A DNA stretch of 64,000 nucleotides, taken from the NCBI GenBank assembly GCA_905178155.1, contig CAJINV010000001.1, positions 4,174,795-4,238,794 on the forward strand, given 5' to 3'. This document shows positions 1-11,800 of the stretch, one piece after another. Positions within the stretch are counted from its first letter, which is position 1; every line of letters begins with the position of its first letter. Under the pieces are notes generated by a model, which saw nothing but the letters and a program-made list of their open reading frames with translations, ran no database searches and had not been told where the DNA came from. The DNA comes from Amoebophrya sp. A120 (taxonomy: Eukaryota; Protista; Dinoflagellata). The position numbers and the translations under genes were made by a program.

Positions 1-600
1 TAGCGTCGAGGGCCTGATGGGGGTGGGAAGCGCTGCGATGGGCGCCGTGGCGGGGGCGATGAAGAGGCGCCAGTCTCTGCCCATTGCCGAGGAGAGCGAA
101 ATTCCGATTATGAAGAGGCGGAACAGCATCGAACAAGTGATGCAGGAAATGGATGAGAAAGAGAAGCAGAAGGAGCAGGATTTACAAACCAAGGCACAAC
201 TTGCGAAGAGGTAAGTAGTCGTCTTTGACTTCTTTGTCGCTTTCGAGTTTATTATTATTTTATGTGGGATTCTTTTGATCATGATTTTTTGTTTTTCACA
301 TAAGGGTCCGCTAGTACACATGAAGATGAACCTGTCCCTGGACATCGGAGCCGTATACTATTTTGTCAGAATGATCGGGAGGCAAGAAAAAGGTAAACTT
401 GATTTCTTGTAGGCTTAGAAATATTCGCGATCGGGAATGAAATACAGAAGCTGCAAAATAAACCTGTCAGGCGTAAATCGATGGCCGCACAAGAGGCTTC
501 GCCAAAAGCAAAGGACGTGCAGAGTACCATTCTCAGCTTAAAGGAGCAGCTCCAGAAATCTAAGCAAGTGGCTAATGCAGCGTATGACGGAAACTTTTGA
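1..600 (+). CDS. 3' end of a spliced gene, hypothetical protein with coiled-coil character
   Basis: The open frame runs to a GTAAGT donor at 211. A terminal exon at 413-600 reads LEIFAIGNEIQKLQ...YDGNF*. The internal junction is unresolved. Confidence 0.55.
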
Positions 601-2180
601 ACATACGACCTCCTGCAGTCGCACCGCCTAGAGTTGGCTTCGCTATTATCGTTCACGCAACGTATAATATATAACTTTCAGGTTTGTTTATGTTACTTTT
701 CCAACGGTGTTTGTCAACGAGTTGTGAACAGAAAGTCAATACCACATCATCAATTTCTGATTTTCTTTGACCACAAGCAGAACAACAGACACAAGTGGAA
801 CCTTGAAGTCGTATCAATATGTCGAATCAACAGTCACGCCTAACTAGAACATTACGAACTAGAACTACGTCGACGCAGAGCAAAAGAGTTACTTCTACTT
901 CAGCAGCAGCTTTTTTATTTTCTTTTCCTACAACTACAGTCACCGTGCGAAACCGAAAGCAAATCCAAATTTAATTGAAAAATACGATCAGATATCGCTT
1001 TGCATGCTAATCCTAAAGGACGACTTGAATAAAAGTACTAGCTGAGTACGGAATTGCAAAATTAAATTACGGCACACGAATAGAAGAGCGAGTCGTACTA
1101 GTGCGAAAAGCAAAAGAAAAGAGCTGAAAAAGCCAGTATCAATTGAAGGTAGACACACTCATTAACATTTTCGAAGTTGCAGAAGGCACAATTTGCATAG
1201 ATAAGAACAGCTAGAGCCGAGAATACAATCGAATTTGAATCTAGGTAGTGCAGACCATATAGATTATTTTTAAGATGATAAATCATAAAGCTACATCAGT
1301 GCATAGGCATGAACTCGAAGGAAAAGATAGAAAATGAGGTTGTAAGATTTTCGATATTTTTTCGTCGGAGTTGCATCTCAGTGGCGTGTGCTGCCACCTG
1401 ATCTCTGTTGTGCGTTTGCGCGTTGGTAGTTTCAAGTTCGTAAAAATTGTTCGTTTTTTTTTTCGTTCGGAGGCCGTCCGCGCTTTGTTCTTTCCGAAGC
1501 GCCCCTGAACATTTCTTGGCCTCGCCCGGTCTCCTGGAATTTGACATCGATAAAAAAAAGCCTCCTATTTTTAGTGCGATCTAACCAATTTTAATTTTTC
1601 AGCACTACAGTAGAAGTTTGGACTCGACGACTTTCCGATGAACATGCACGGCAGCTCGGACTGCATTGAGAATGATATATAGCGACATTTTATCGTGGCA
1701 ACGGTTCACTTTGCATGCGCCTTGGTCTTTGACCACGCTTGAGATGCCTGCTAGCAGCTGCAGCGCCGTCGAGCTGGATAATATTGCTTTCCTTCAGACC
1801 TCGTCATTCTTGAGTGATTAGTAGGACCCAAGAAGTAGAAGCAGCTGCACAAAAGTATCTACAAGAAGGATTTTTGCCGAACCTCTTTTGCCCATCGCCA
1901 GGCACCTACAACTACGCTCGGGCAATTTCTTCACGTTAAGTACTACCCCCCATGAGAACCCATGGACACAATTGCGTCTTAACCTTAATCACCCAGCGCT
2001 TCCCTGTCGATCTCGATCTGTAAAAGATCAAGATAGACGCCGCCACCGGTGCAAAAGATAAATACAACAAGGGTAGGCTCCTTGTTCTGCAGAGCAGTGC
2101 CTTTCTCTAGCCTGGTGCGGGATCTTGACCGAAGCCAAAACCCAGTGCGCCCTCTGCTACTTACGACGATGGCGATCCAC

Positions 2181-3633
2181 ATGCAACTCTTCCGACGAAG
2201 TCGGATACCTCACTTCGCGAGGGTATTTCAAGGAGCCAAATTTGGGCTGCCGCACCCGGAGAAGGCCGACAAAGGGGGAGAAGACGCGATGCTGCTCACG
2301 TCGAAGATAATAGGCGTACTATTTTGTTGTACTATTTTCATTTTGCTTTTCTACGTATTTATTGGCATGTAAGTACTTCTGCTGCAGTTGCGAACAGTAT
2401 GAATCACAGTAGGGAATTCTACTTCTTGGAGTGATGGACTACAGGAGGACACGACGCCCTTCGTCTCTCTCTACTTCTTACACTTTTCTATACTACAACA
2501 CGCTCGTGCTTCTACAGGTCTCCGACGGCGTAGGTGGGTGGAGTCGCCGCGGCGTTGACGCCGGCGAGTACAGCCGGGCCTTGCTTTCCAACGTAGAGAA
2601 GGTAGCGGAAAAAAGCAATCTCTCGCAGCCCACCCGGATTTTGAGGAAGGCCTACGATAAGTGCCGGCACATTATGGGGTCGGCCACGGTCTGCTTGGTG
2701 ACTTTGCAAAAAGACGACACGGTAATTGTTACGAACGTCGGCGACAGCGCCGCCATAATTGTGCGACCAAGCGAAAGAAGGATCTTGTTCAAAAGCGAAG
2801 AGCAGGTTCACGATTTCAACTTTCCGAAGCAGCTCGGCATGCACTCCGACGACGTATTTACAAATTGATGTTCTTCTGATTTAGATTTTGATTTTATTGG
2901 GCAGAAAAAATTTCAGTTGTTGCAAATCCTGTGGAAGAAGATCGAGGTTGACCATCCACTGCATGCTGAGTTAATAACTCACGCACACGACTTGTAGCAT
3001 GATAGTAAATACTACGCCCAAGCAATATCAAGAGTAGAAGCAGAAGCTGTTCCATTCAAAGCTACGAACGACTCACTACAGATGCCGGAGCACGGGGATG
3101 TCCATTCCGTGAAAGTTCAAGAGGGCGACTTGATTCTGTGCGCAACCGACGGAATTTTTGATAACTTGTTCGACGAGGATATCCTGGAGCGCCTGTGTGG
3201 CCCGGCTACGGGAGCGGATGAAGCAGACGCGATGTCAACAGCCTCTACTACAAGTACTTCGACGCCCTCCGAGGAAGGAGCGGCATCAAGCAAAGCGTCA
3301 ACCGGCTCCACTACTTCCAGCGAACAAGAGGCGGCAACACCAGCATCATCGGAAAATTCTGCGTCATCAACCACTGAACAAACAGCTATTTCAAACCTCG
3401 AGCAGAGGGCGCAGGACATCGTGAAGGCAGCATTTGTGCTGTCGCTTGACCCGCACTACAATTCACCTTTTGCCTCCAGGGAAAAGGAATGGCTGGAGAA
3501 ACTACCCGCGGCTCTGCGGCCAAAGGGAAAGGGGTACGAAGGAGGAAAGCCGGATGACATTTCTGCGGTCCTCGTGGAAATTGTGGACAAGGGCGACGAC
3601 GGAAAGCCATTCGCCCGACGAGTGTCTTTGTAA
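2181..3633 (+). CDS. PTC7: PP2C-family protein phosphatase, PTC7-like (exons ~2181-2315, 2518-2853, 3082-3633)
   Basis: Motifs GEDA, VSDGVGGW, GSAT, NVGDS, H-x-FNFP-x-QLG, CATDGIFDNL and GGKPDDI are joined in frame by GT-AG introns 2316-2517 and 2854-3081. The start codon is uncertain (2169 or 2181). Confidence 0.92.
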
Positions 3634-4301
3634 AGTTAGTACGAGGACTTCTAACTGGAGTAGTTCTAGTACTAAATGCTGCGGGAGAAAGTATAGTGCC
3701 ATCTTCAGTGGCCGCTGTTGCTTTGTTTCAGGAACATCAAGGTGTTGGAGTCGTGTTTCTTGATAAAAAGAGCTGAGTGGCTACAACGAGATTGCACGCA
3801 GGCAAGCGCAAGCAGAAGAGAACCAGCACCCCGCACGTCGTGCTACAGACGCCCGAGCTTACTGTCGTGACTGAGTCCGGCTCATTGCACCTGCTTTGCA
3901 AGAACGAGCGCCACGCTCATGATTCCGCCAGGCGAAGACCGCTAAGCTAAGTTCTTTGCAAGAACAGGACCTGCGTTTACTAGTGGAGGTACGAATATTC
4001 GCCGGTGCAGGCCACGGCTGCAAACATGGAGATCTTCAAGTCTGCGAACAACATTTGCGTCGCACGTCGTGGTCCTCATTTCGCTGCAGCGCCTTGGGTT
4101 ACCAGTCCTGCTATCGGCGGAGTACTAAATATGCGCCACCGCAGAAGCGGATGTTGAAGTACAAGCACAACTCGTCAAGCTCTACTCTAAGACTATACTG
4201 CGGCTCGCTTCGCTTCCCCTTCGGTACCAGCAGCGACAGGTTCTGGTAGATGTGTAGTTTCTACGGCTGTTCAAGGGCTCGAATGAAAACTAAGTCCTAA
4301 A

Positions 4302-4330
4302 GATGATGATGATGATGATGATGATGATGA
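4302..4330. repeat. (GAT)n microsatellite, about 9.7 units
   Basis: Read directly from the sequence. Confidence 0.95.
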
Positions 4331-5822
4331 GCCAGAGGAAATGCACATAAGATGAAGGACAATGCTTTACATCTTCGCTGTGAACTTTCTTTGGTGGGTC
4401 AAGTATGCTCTCCGCCTCTGCGCAGAAAAATGAAAAATCAAAAACATCGACGTCAGAGTTTTAAATCAAGTATGATCACCATCACGCAAACGAAGGCGCA
4501 ATAGTGGATCGTGCCTTTTGCTTTTGTTCCAGTTGCAGTGAGTTCGATGTTCTTGTGCTCGAAGTCTCGTCTTCCGTTCAAAAAAGAGCAGATCTCTTTT
4601 TGCCTTGTTTTAATTGTGTGTTTTTTTTGCTTTTCGTCATGGTGTTTCCGTAAGCTTGTGGCTTGGCGTTCTCGACACTGAGTCTGAGTTCCTTTATTTA
4701 CCGAAGAAAATTTTACTTGGCAGCACGCGTTGAAGTACGACTGCCGGCTCCAACATCCCTAGCTTGTGACCTCGGAGGTGTCAGTTTTAGAAGTCGTCTT
4801 TAGTGACAACGAACTCCTGTACCTGTAATCATAGATGACAGATAAGAAACCACTCTTATCCGGACGACTTAGTTTTATGCTTCGTATAGAGGCACAAAGT
4901 CCCAGTTCGTTTTCAGTTTATCCGAATTCTATTCATCAGCGGGCGACCACGGCGGCTGCAACCGTTATAGACTAAATTCTTACAGTATTTCCCGCTAACC
5001 GCAAATACTTAAACAAAGACCCGAAAGCCGCCAGGAAGAGGAAGAGCTCTTTATGTTTGATATAACAGTCCCCTTGTAGATAGAAGGACAAAGCCATCTT
5101 TCAACTCGTGCTACATCGATCACCTCGCCGAGATTTTTCTTCTTCTCTGTTAGTCTTACCAAGTACCGAGTCAGTCTCTCCTGTGTTTTCTGTAAGAAGT
5201 TTCAGTAGCAGAAACCGTGCTATTTCCGTCACCATTTTCAACCTTCCTCTTTTCCGTAGCTGCTGTGTCTGTTGTGATTTCTTGACTGAAAACGCACGAG
5301 AGGAGTGGGAGACACTTTGGAAAAAGCTGCAGCGACACTCCAGCAGCTAGCATACCACGCCGGGTGGAATAAGAGGAAGAGAATCTGGCACTGAGGCCTT
5401 TTTTGCACGGGTTCGCCTGTTGGGCCACGACTGGTACGAGGACCGCAAACAAGTCAAAGACTAAGATACTTCTTTAGCAGGAGCGCAGCAGGACGAGAAA
5501 CAGAAACTAATTCATATTCATCTTCATTGTGTGAAGACATCAACAAACTATATTGGTGTGATGAAGAAGATGAAAAGCTCCTACGTAACAAGTGCCAGAA
5601 GTAATCATGCGATGAGTGGGGGGAGGAACAGCAACAGGAGGAAGAACTGTAGCTTTAGCTCTAGCTCAGAATAAACAAAGGGATAACTTCAGCAATCCGG
5701 AAACGCGACGAGGACGCTCTTCCCTAGTTAGTGTGTAATAACAATACTAGCACTAGGGTACTATACATATCACTTGTAATAGAGATCGTATACGATGTGC
5801 TAAGCTGTGACTGTGTGCGCAA

Positions 5823-8800
5823 ATGGGCTGCGGAGCGTCTTCTACCACACCATCAACGACATCGGCGTCTTCCAACGCTGCAAGCAGGTTACTAGTGCAA
5901 GGAAGCGCAACGCTCCTCGATAAAAATTGCAGTAAACGCGAAGTTCTTCTAGATAGCACGTCTCCTGCTCGCCGAGGTGTAGTTGCTTCTTCCTCTTCCG
6001 GCTTCGTTCTGTCCTCATCTTCCGGTGGGCAGCTCGGCTCTTTTTTCAGCTCCCCACCGCCCCGCGGCCGTGGCAGTTGTACACACCGCGGCCGGCGAAC
6101 GAGCACAACCAAAAAAGAAGAGGATTTCGATTCGCCGTGTGCAATTGTGAACGGAGAGGACTCGCGAAACGAAAAGAACGCATTTTTCCAGGATGACCGA
6201 CTGGATGAAGGAGGTGAAGTGGAGCAGTTAATAGTGTACCCAAAAACTCACCAAAACCAACCATTTTTGTCCTCCCACGAACAACAAATTTTTACCACTC
6301 CATCCACTGTGCCGCCTCTGAGTACGACGCAATCCAAAGTAACGGGAGCTGGTGCCACCAGCACTGCTACAGCTATTCCTCTCGCAGGTGGTGCTCCCGT
6401 GGCCGTGCTGACAACTACATTTTCCAACTTGTATGAACAGTGCAGCACGCCGGAAGATCCGGAACACGAAAGCCGCAACGTCGTCAGCGTCCGCCTCAAC
6501 CATGATGACCATCATGCTGACAAGAAGACGGGACGTTCTTTGAGTGACGAGATTGTGGAGATAACCAGCGACGACGAAGTCATCGACTCGACGACGCACC
6601 GAACTCCTGCCGGCGCTCCTGCCCCATCTTTAATACAGTCGCCGCCCGCAGCTGGTGGCCTTGCACCAGAACTCCTGCCAAAAAATTTTGTGGATCCGCA
6701 AAGAACAAGAAGTATCAATAGTATGACAAGCAGAAAAACAACGACCCAATCGTCCCAAAATGCTGCGGAAGGTCATCAACCTGCAGGTGACGAGCAAGAC
6801 AAATCGGCACAGCAGCATCTGCATGGCGTCACTAATTTGTCAGCTGCTAGTAGGATGTCGAACTGGAGCTCTGGTTCTTCGGGTTCCTCTGCCATGCTCG
6901 GAGGAACATCTGGTGGCACAACGTCGTTTCTCAACCGCGGGTCCACTTTCTCGACCCTTTCCGGGCTTGGGCACCACCAGGAAGATCATAGCTTCGTGCC
7001 CTCGCCAGAACAGCAAGCAGGCGACCGGTATAATCGGGTGCACCAGCTCGAAGATGTAGATGAGAACAATGCTTCCACTTCTACCTCGTGCGGTCCAAAC
7101 CAGAGAGATGAAACACATCTGTCTAATGAACTACTTGTCGCGACGAAGACTGATGGGGCGGATGAAGACGAAGAATTGATCATTTCTCATAGTGCCAGCG
7201 GTCCAGCACGTGTGCTCGTAGAGGGAAGAGCCACGACGACGACCTCATCATCTTCCAGGATAACAAGAACTGCGGCTGGCGCCACTGGGGCAGTGGATGA
7301 TGTAGAGATTCTGGAAAACAACTACACAGAGGGGCCGGTGGCGCCCCCTTCGTCGTCGGCTGAAACGACCCCCGTCTTCCATCCCTTAGAGCCCTCTTCT
7401 GGCTCTACACTTCACCTTCAGGACGTGCAGGCCGCCCGGAGAAATCGCACGACGAGCATGGCGTCGGCCGCGCCGCCCACACCGTCCTCGTCTTCTTCGA
7501 GTAGCAACGCTAGTAACTCGAACAGAAACTGTTCTCTAGTACGTGGAACGGGCGGAGGACCACAACCACTTAATACAACCGCGTCCTCAGTGAATCAACA
7601 TCATCAACAACAACTCCACGCGAGTATGCAGCTGCTGCGGCGGAATCATGTGAATAGGCGGAAGAGCTCCCTGTCTGTTGCAACCGCGACCTCGCTAAAA
7701 GTGCTGCTGGAGCAGGAAATCGAGCGGCAAAAGAAGCGGTCGGGCAGCAACGAGTCCTGTGCGCCGATCGCAATTGACCTACACCACTTGGAATTGGACC
7801 AGATTGCCGAAACCGATGAGGAGCAGGAGGTCCTGGAACGGGTTTTTGCCGCGGCAGACCGAGAGAACCAGGGTCGCTGCAGCCCGCGCGAGCTGCGCTT
7901 GCTCTTCCGGGTTTTGGGCATTCCGGCGAAGGATTTAGTGGAGCATTTCAATGAAGAAAATCTGATGCTCGCCGCCCCGGCGTCGAGCCCAGGTACTATG
8001 GTCGTGCAGACAGTGCAACACCCGACTGCGCCGCCGCAGTTGAGCAGTTCCTGTTCGGGATCCACGGGTGGTGCTCAGCCAACAGCATCTTCTTCATCGC
8101 ACCAGCAATCAACTAGCGAGCAGCAGAGTGCAGAGTTGACACTTCAATTGAACGACAATCTGATGAGCGCCGTCCGGTGGGACCTGCGGCAATTTGAGCG
8201 GTGGGTGCCCCAAGATCTGGCTGAGGCCGTAGTGAACGCGCTGCGCGCAAGGCCCTTCGCACTAGACCACCCGTCTTTGCATACTCTTTGTGACCTGGTC
8301 GCCGTGCTCGACAGCCTGGATACGGAATACACCGGGGCTATTGATCCGTCAGAGCTGTCAACGGTATGTACAATCATGTTCGAGATGAGTGATATTTGTA
8401 GTGCCTGTGTTTTTTTTTCTCCGCTTTGATCTCCTTCGTTCTCGACGAATGGGCATGATGAGTCCTGATGATGATGTAGCTGTAGTTTTTCAAAAATCGA
8501 GTTTCTACTTTCTCCAAAAATTATCGGACAGATTTGCGAGAACCTGCATCTGAACCCGGCCGAAAATACGGGACTGGTAAACCTGGTTGGTTCTCCGGAA
8601 AAAGCCGCGGTTTCCACGGCGCCCGTGTCGATCGACAAGTTTCTGCAAACGCTGACGGCCGAGGAACTGACCGTGATCCACAAAAGACTTCCCGAGCTCG
8701 AGCTGGAACCGGGCTCGTTCCGCCGGGTCAGTGGCGAAATCTCTCGGGCGTTCACGAGTTCGGAAGCCACGAGCCACCGGTCGGTGATCGACCCGAGCCG

Positions 8801-11800
8801 CGGGGGAAATTTTTTGATGAACTGCCGCTTTTCCAAATCCAGGTCCAGCTCCAGAACTAGTACGAACCTACAGCTCGTCCAGACGCCCCGGGGCGGGTTG
8901 CTGCACAAAACCGGCTCCTTGACGGCGGATGAGCAACTCCACCTGGCGGACAGGGACCACAGAGGCTCCTCGAAGGACGCGCGGAGCAATTTTTTCGATG
9001 TCCTCGACCTGGACACGGCGGACGACCAGATGAACTTCGTGCTTCACGTGTTTGGCAATTTGCAGTGGAACTTGACAGTTGGCTCTACCTCCATCGGAAT
9101 GAAATCTACTTCGAAAAATAACGCTGACGACGACGACGGGGGGTCCTCTTTGTTACACCCAACGATCTCCGATCCAGGAACGATGCACGGTCTGGTAGTG
9201 CCGCACTTGACCCACTTCATGCGGTCCTCTAGCACTTCCTCCGCATCCATTTTCCCCTTCGCATCGAGCTCGTGCTCGCGGCAGCCGCCGCCCGCCAACG
9301 ACGCGACGGCGATCCTACGGGAGGTCAGGCTAGCGGAGACGGGCCTGCGTCAGTACTGCAGCGCGCTGCGCTTGGCGTACATCCCCAACGCGTATCTATC
9401 AAAAGGAAAAATCCCCCCACCCCATATCGAAATGGGAATCTGTGATGCGGGATTTGTGTACACAAATGATCGGCTTTGTCTTGCAATAGAGGACTGCAGA
9501 CAGATACGAAGCCGGATTAGGGATGTTTTGGTGTAGGCGCCTAGCAAGGTATGGGCATTCTCTGTAGGCCAGACAGCATCACAAATTGCCTGCATAACGC
9601 GGCGGGGTTTTTTTATTTGTCTTCTTGCACTACTGAGACGATTTGTGGCCTCAAATCAGCATGACAAATTTTGAGAAGTATCCCGTTCTGGTATGGGGAG
9701 GGGGGATTTTTCCTCTCAATAGTATCACAACTATCACCACGCACTGAACACGCTGCATTTGTGCTCGCAGTACTTGTCGGGGACGAAAAGCGCGGGAAAA
9801 ACCTTGCTGTACAGCCTCGAGGTATATCTTCACGCAGAGATAGGATTAGGAAAATCAACAAGTACAAGATTATCATATGTCAGTGCTTTTTTCCTCTACC
9901 AGGTCCTGATCCTCGCGCCAGTGAAACAAGCACAACACACTCACATCATTTGAACTACACCTGGCGAAGAGGAAGATGAACGCCGGTTGAAGTCTTGTAA
10001 GCCCCTTACTTTTCGTTTTCAGTGAAGATTCAATATACAGAGAACAATGACAATCATGAATGAAAATTTGTAAATCAAAACGAATAGGTGCTCACTTGTC
10101 TTTGTGCTGCTCTGGCGCACGACGTTGGCCACCGCGGCTTTACCAACCCGTTCGAAGTTGCCACGGGTTCGGAGCTTGCCATTTTCTACAATGATAACTC
10201 CGTCTTGGAAAATATGCACGCCTCTGTCGGTTTTTCGCACGCGGAGCGCTTCATCCTACCAAACTTGTTCCACGTAGTCGACGCGCAGGCAGCACATCCT
10301 GTTCCTGAGGCTGGTGGGGCGAGCTCCTCGAGCCGCTCTAGTGCCGGTTCTAGCTGCAATATTTCCAGCATCACTGCAGTCTCCGCTTCTCCGGCTGCAG
10401 CAGCCGAAAGAAGTTGTATAATCGAGGCTGAGCAGGCAGAGAAGAAAGACAATTCGGCTGAGCTTGTGCAAACCGAAGCGATAACAATAAACACATCAGC
10501 GAACAACGGCGCAGTACCAGACCAGCACAGCTTTTCCAAATCGTCATCGTCAGGGCCAAGCACCAGCAACCCCGTGAGAGCAGGAGGACCAAGGTACGAG
10601 AAGGTAGGTCGCGAAGTGTGGCGGCGGTTCCGCAAGATTTTTATCGAGAGTATTTTGGGCACGGATATGGTGCACCACGAAAAGCAAGTGAAGGCCGCTT
10701 CCATGCTCGCGACGCAGCGCAAGCACTCCATGATCAACTCGGCTACACCATTTTTTCCGCCCGGGGTTTCGAACGGTGCCAGCAGCGGAACTGCTCGGGC
10801 AACCGAAGCAGGAGGAGCTTCCTCTTCTACATCTTGCAACACGAACACCACAGCTGCAAATACTAAGCCACAAAAGGCTGCACCCTCATCCGCCGAGAAC
10901 GATGACGTTGTTGTAGAAGCTTCCGCGTCCTCCGAAGATGCACTTCCTCCACGCGACGAGGACTCTAGTGGGTCTACAGGTGCAGCTGCATTGGAAGTTG
11001 TTGTGAGGAGCAAGGATAAGGAAATAACAAGCTGCGCAAAAAATATTAGGTCTTCTGTGATCAACACGACGACGCCAACAAGGGCGGACCACTCGACGTC
11101 CTCTTTCCACCTCGACGAGACCGGTCGGTCTCAGCTCGTGGAATTGGTGTTGCACACCGCGGACATCGGGAATGGGTGCCAGCCGCTCTCCGTCGCGTTA
11201 CGGTGGAAGGACCGAATTCTCGAGGAATTTTCCAACCAGGCCGCGGAAGAGGCGAAGGTCGGTATCCCGGTGACGCCGTTCATGCTGAACCTGCACGACC
11301 CGATCGTGGCCGCGAAGAGCCAGATCGCCTTTGTCGGCTTCGTCGTTGCCCCGTTGATGCAGATTGTCAGCCCGCTGCTGGGGCTGGACACCTACATGGA
11401 GTGTATGTACTCCAACACCCAGTACTACCAAGACATCGTCAACGCGAATAACAAGCTGGGGCTGCAGCAAGCGGATACTCATAACTGTAATGGGAGCAGT
11501 TCTTGTTCATCTTCTGGCACAGCAGTTTCTGGTGCAGCTGTCGCCACAAAAAATACAACTAATACTAATACAGCAGGAGCCAGTTGCGCTGACACGTCGA
11601 AAAATGGAGGAACCAAGACGAAAAGTAGAGGAGCACCACCAGGCGCCGCGAGGACCACCACGAAGGGGCCGCTGAGCAAGACCTCGGACAACTGCAGCAA
11701 GGATGTTGCGCCACTAGCACTGGAAGAAGAACAAGAGGACAAGGTGTCAAATGCGGACAACAAGAACGGAGCAAACAGCAAAGCGACCACCACGACCACA

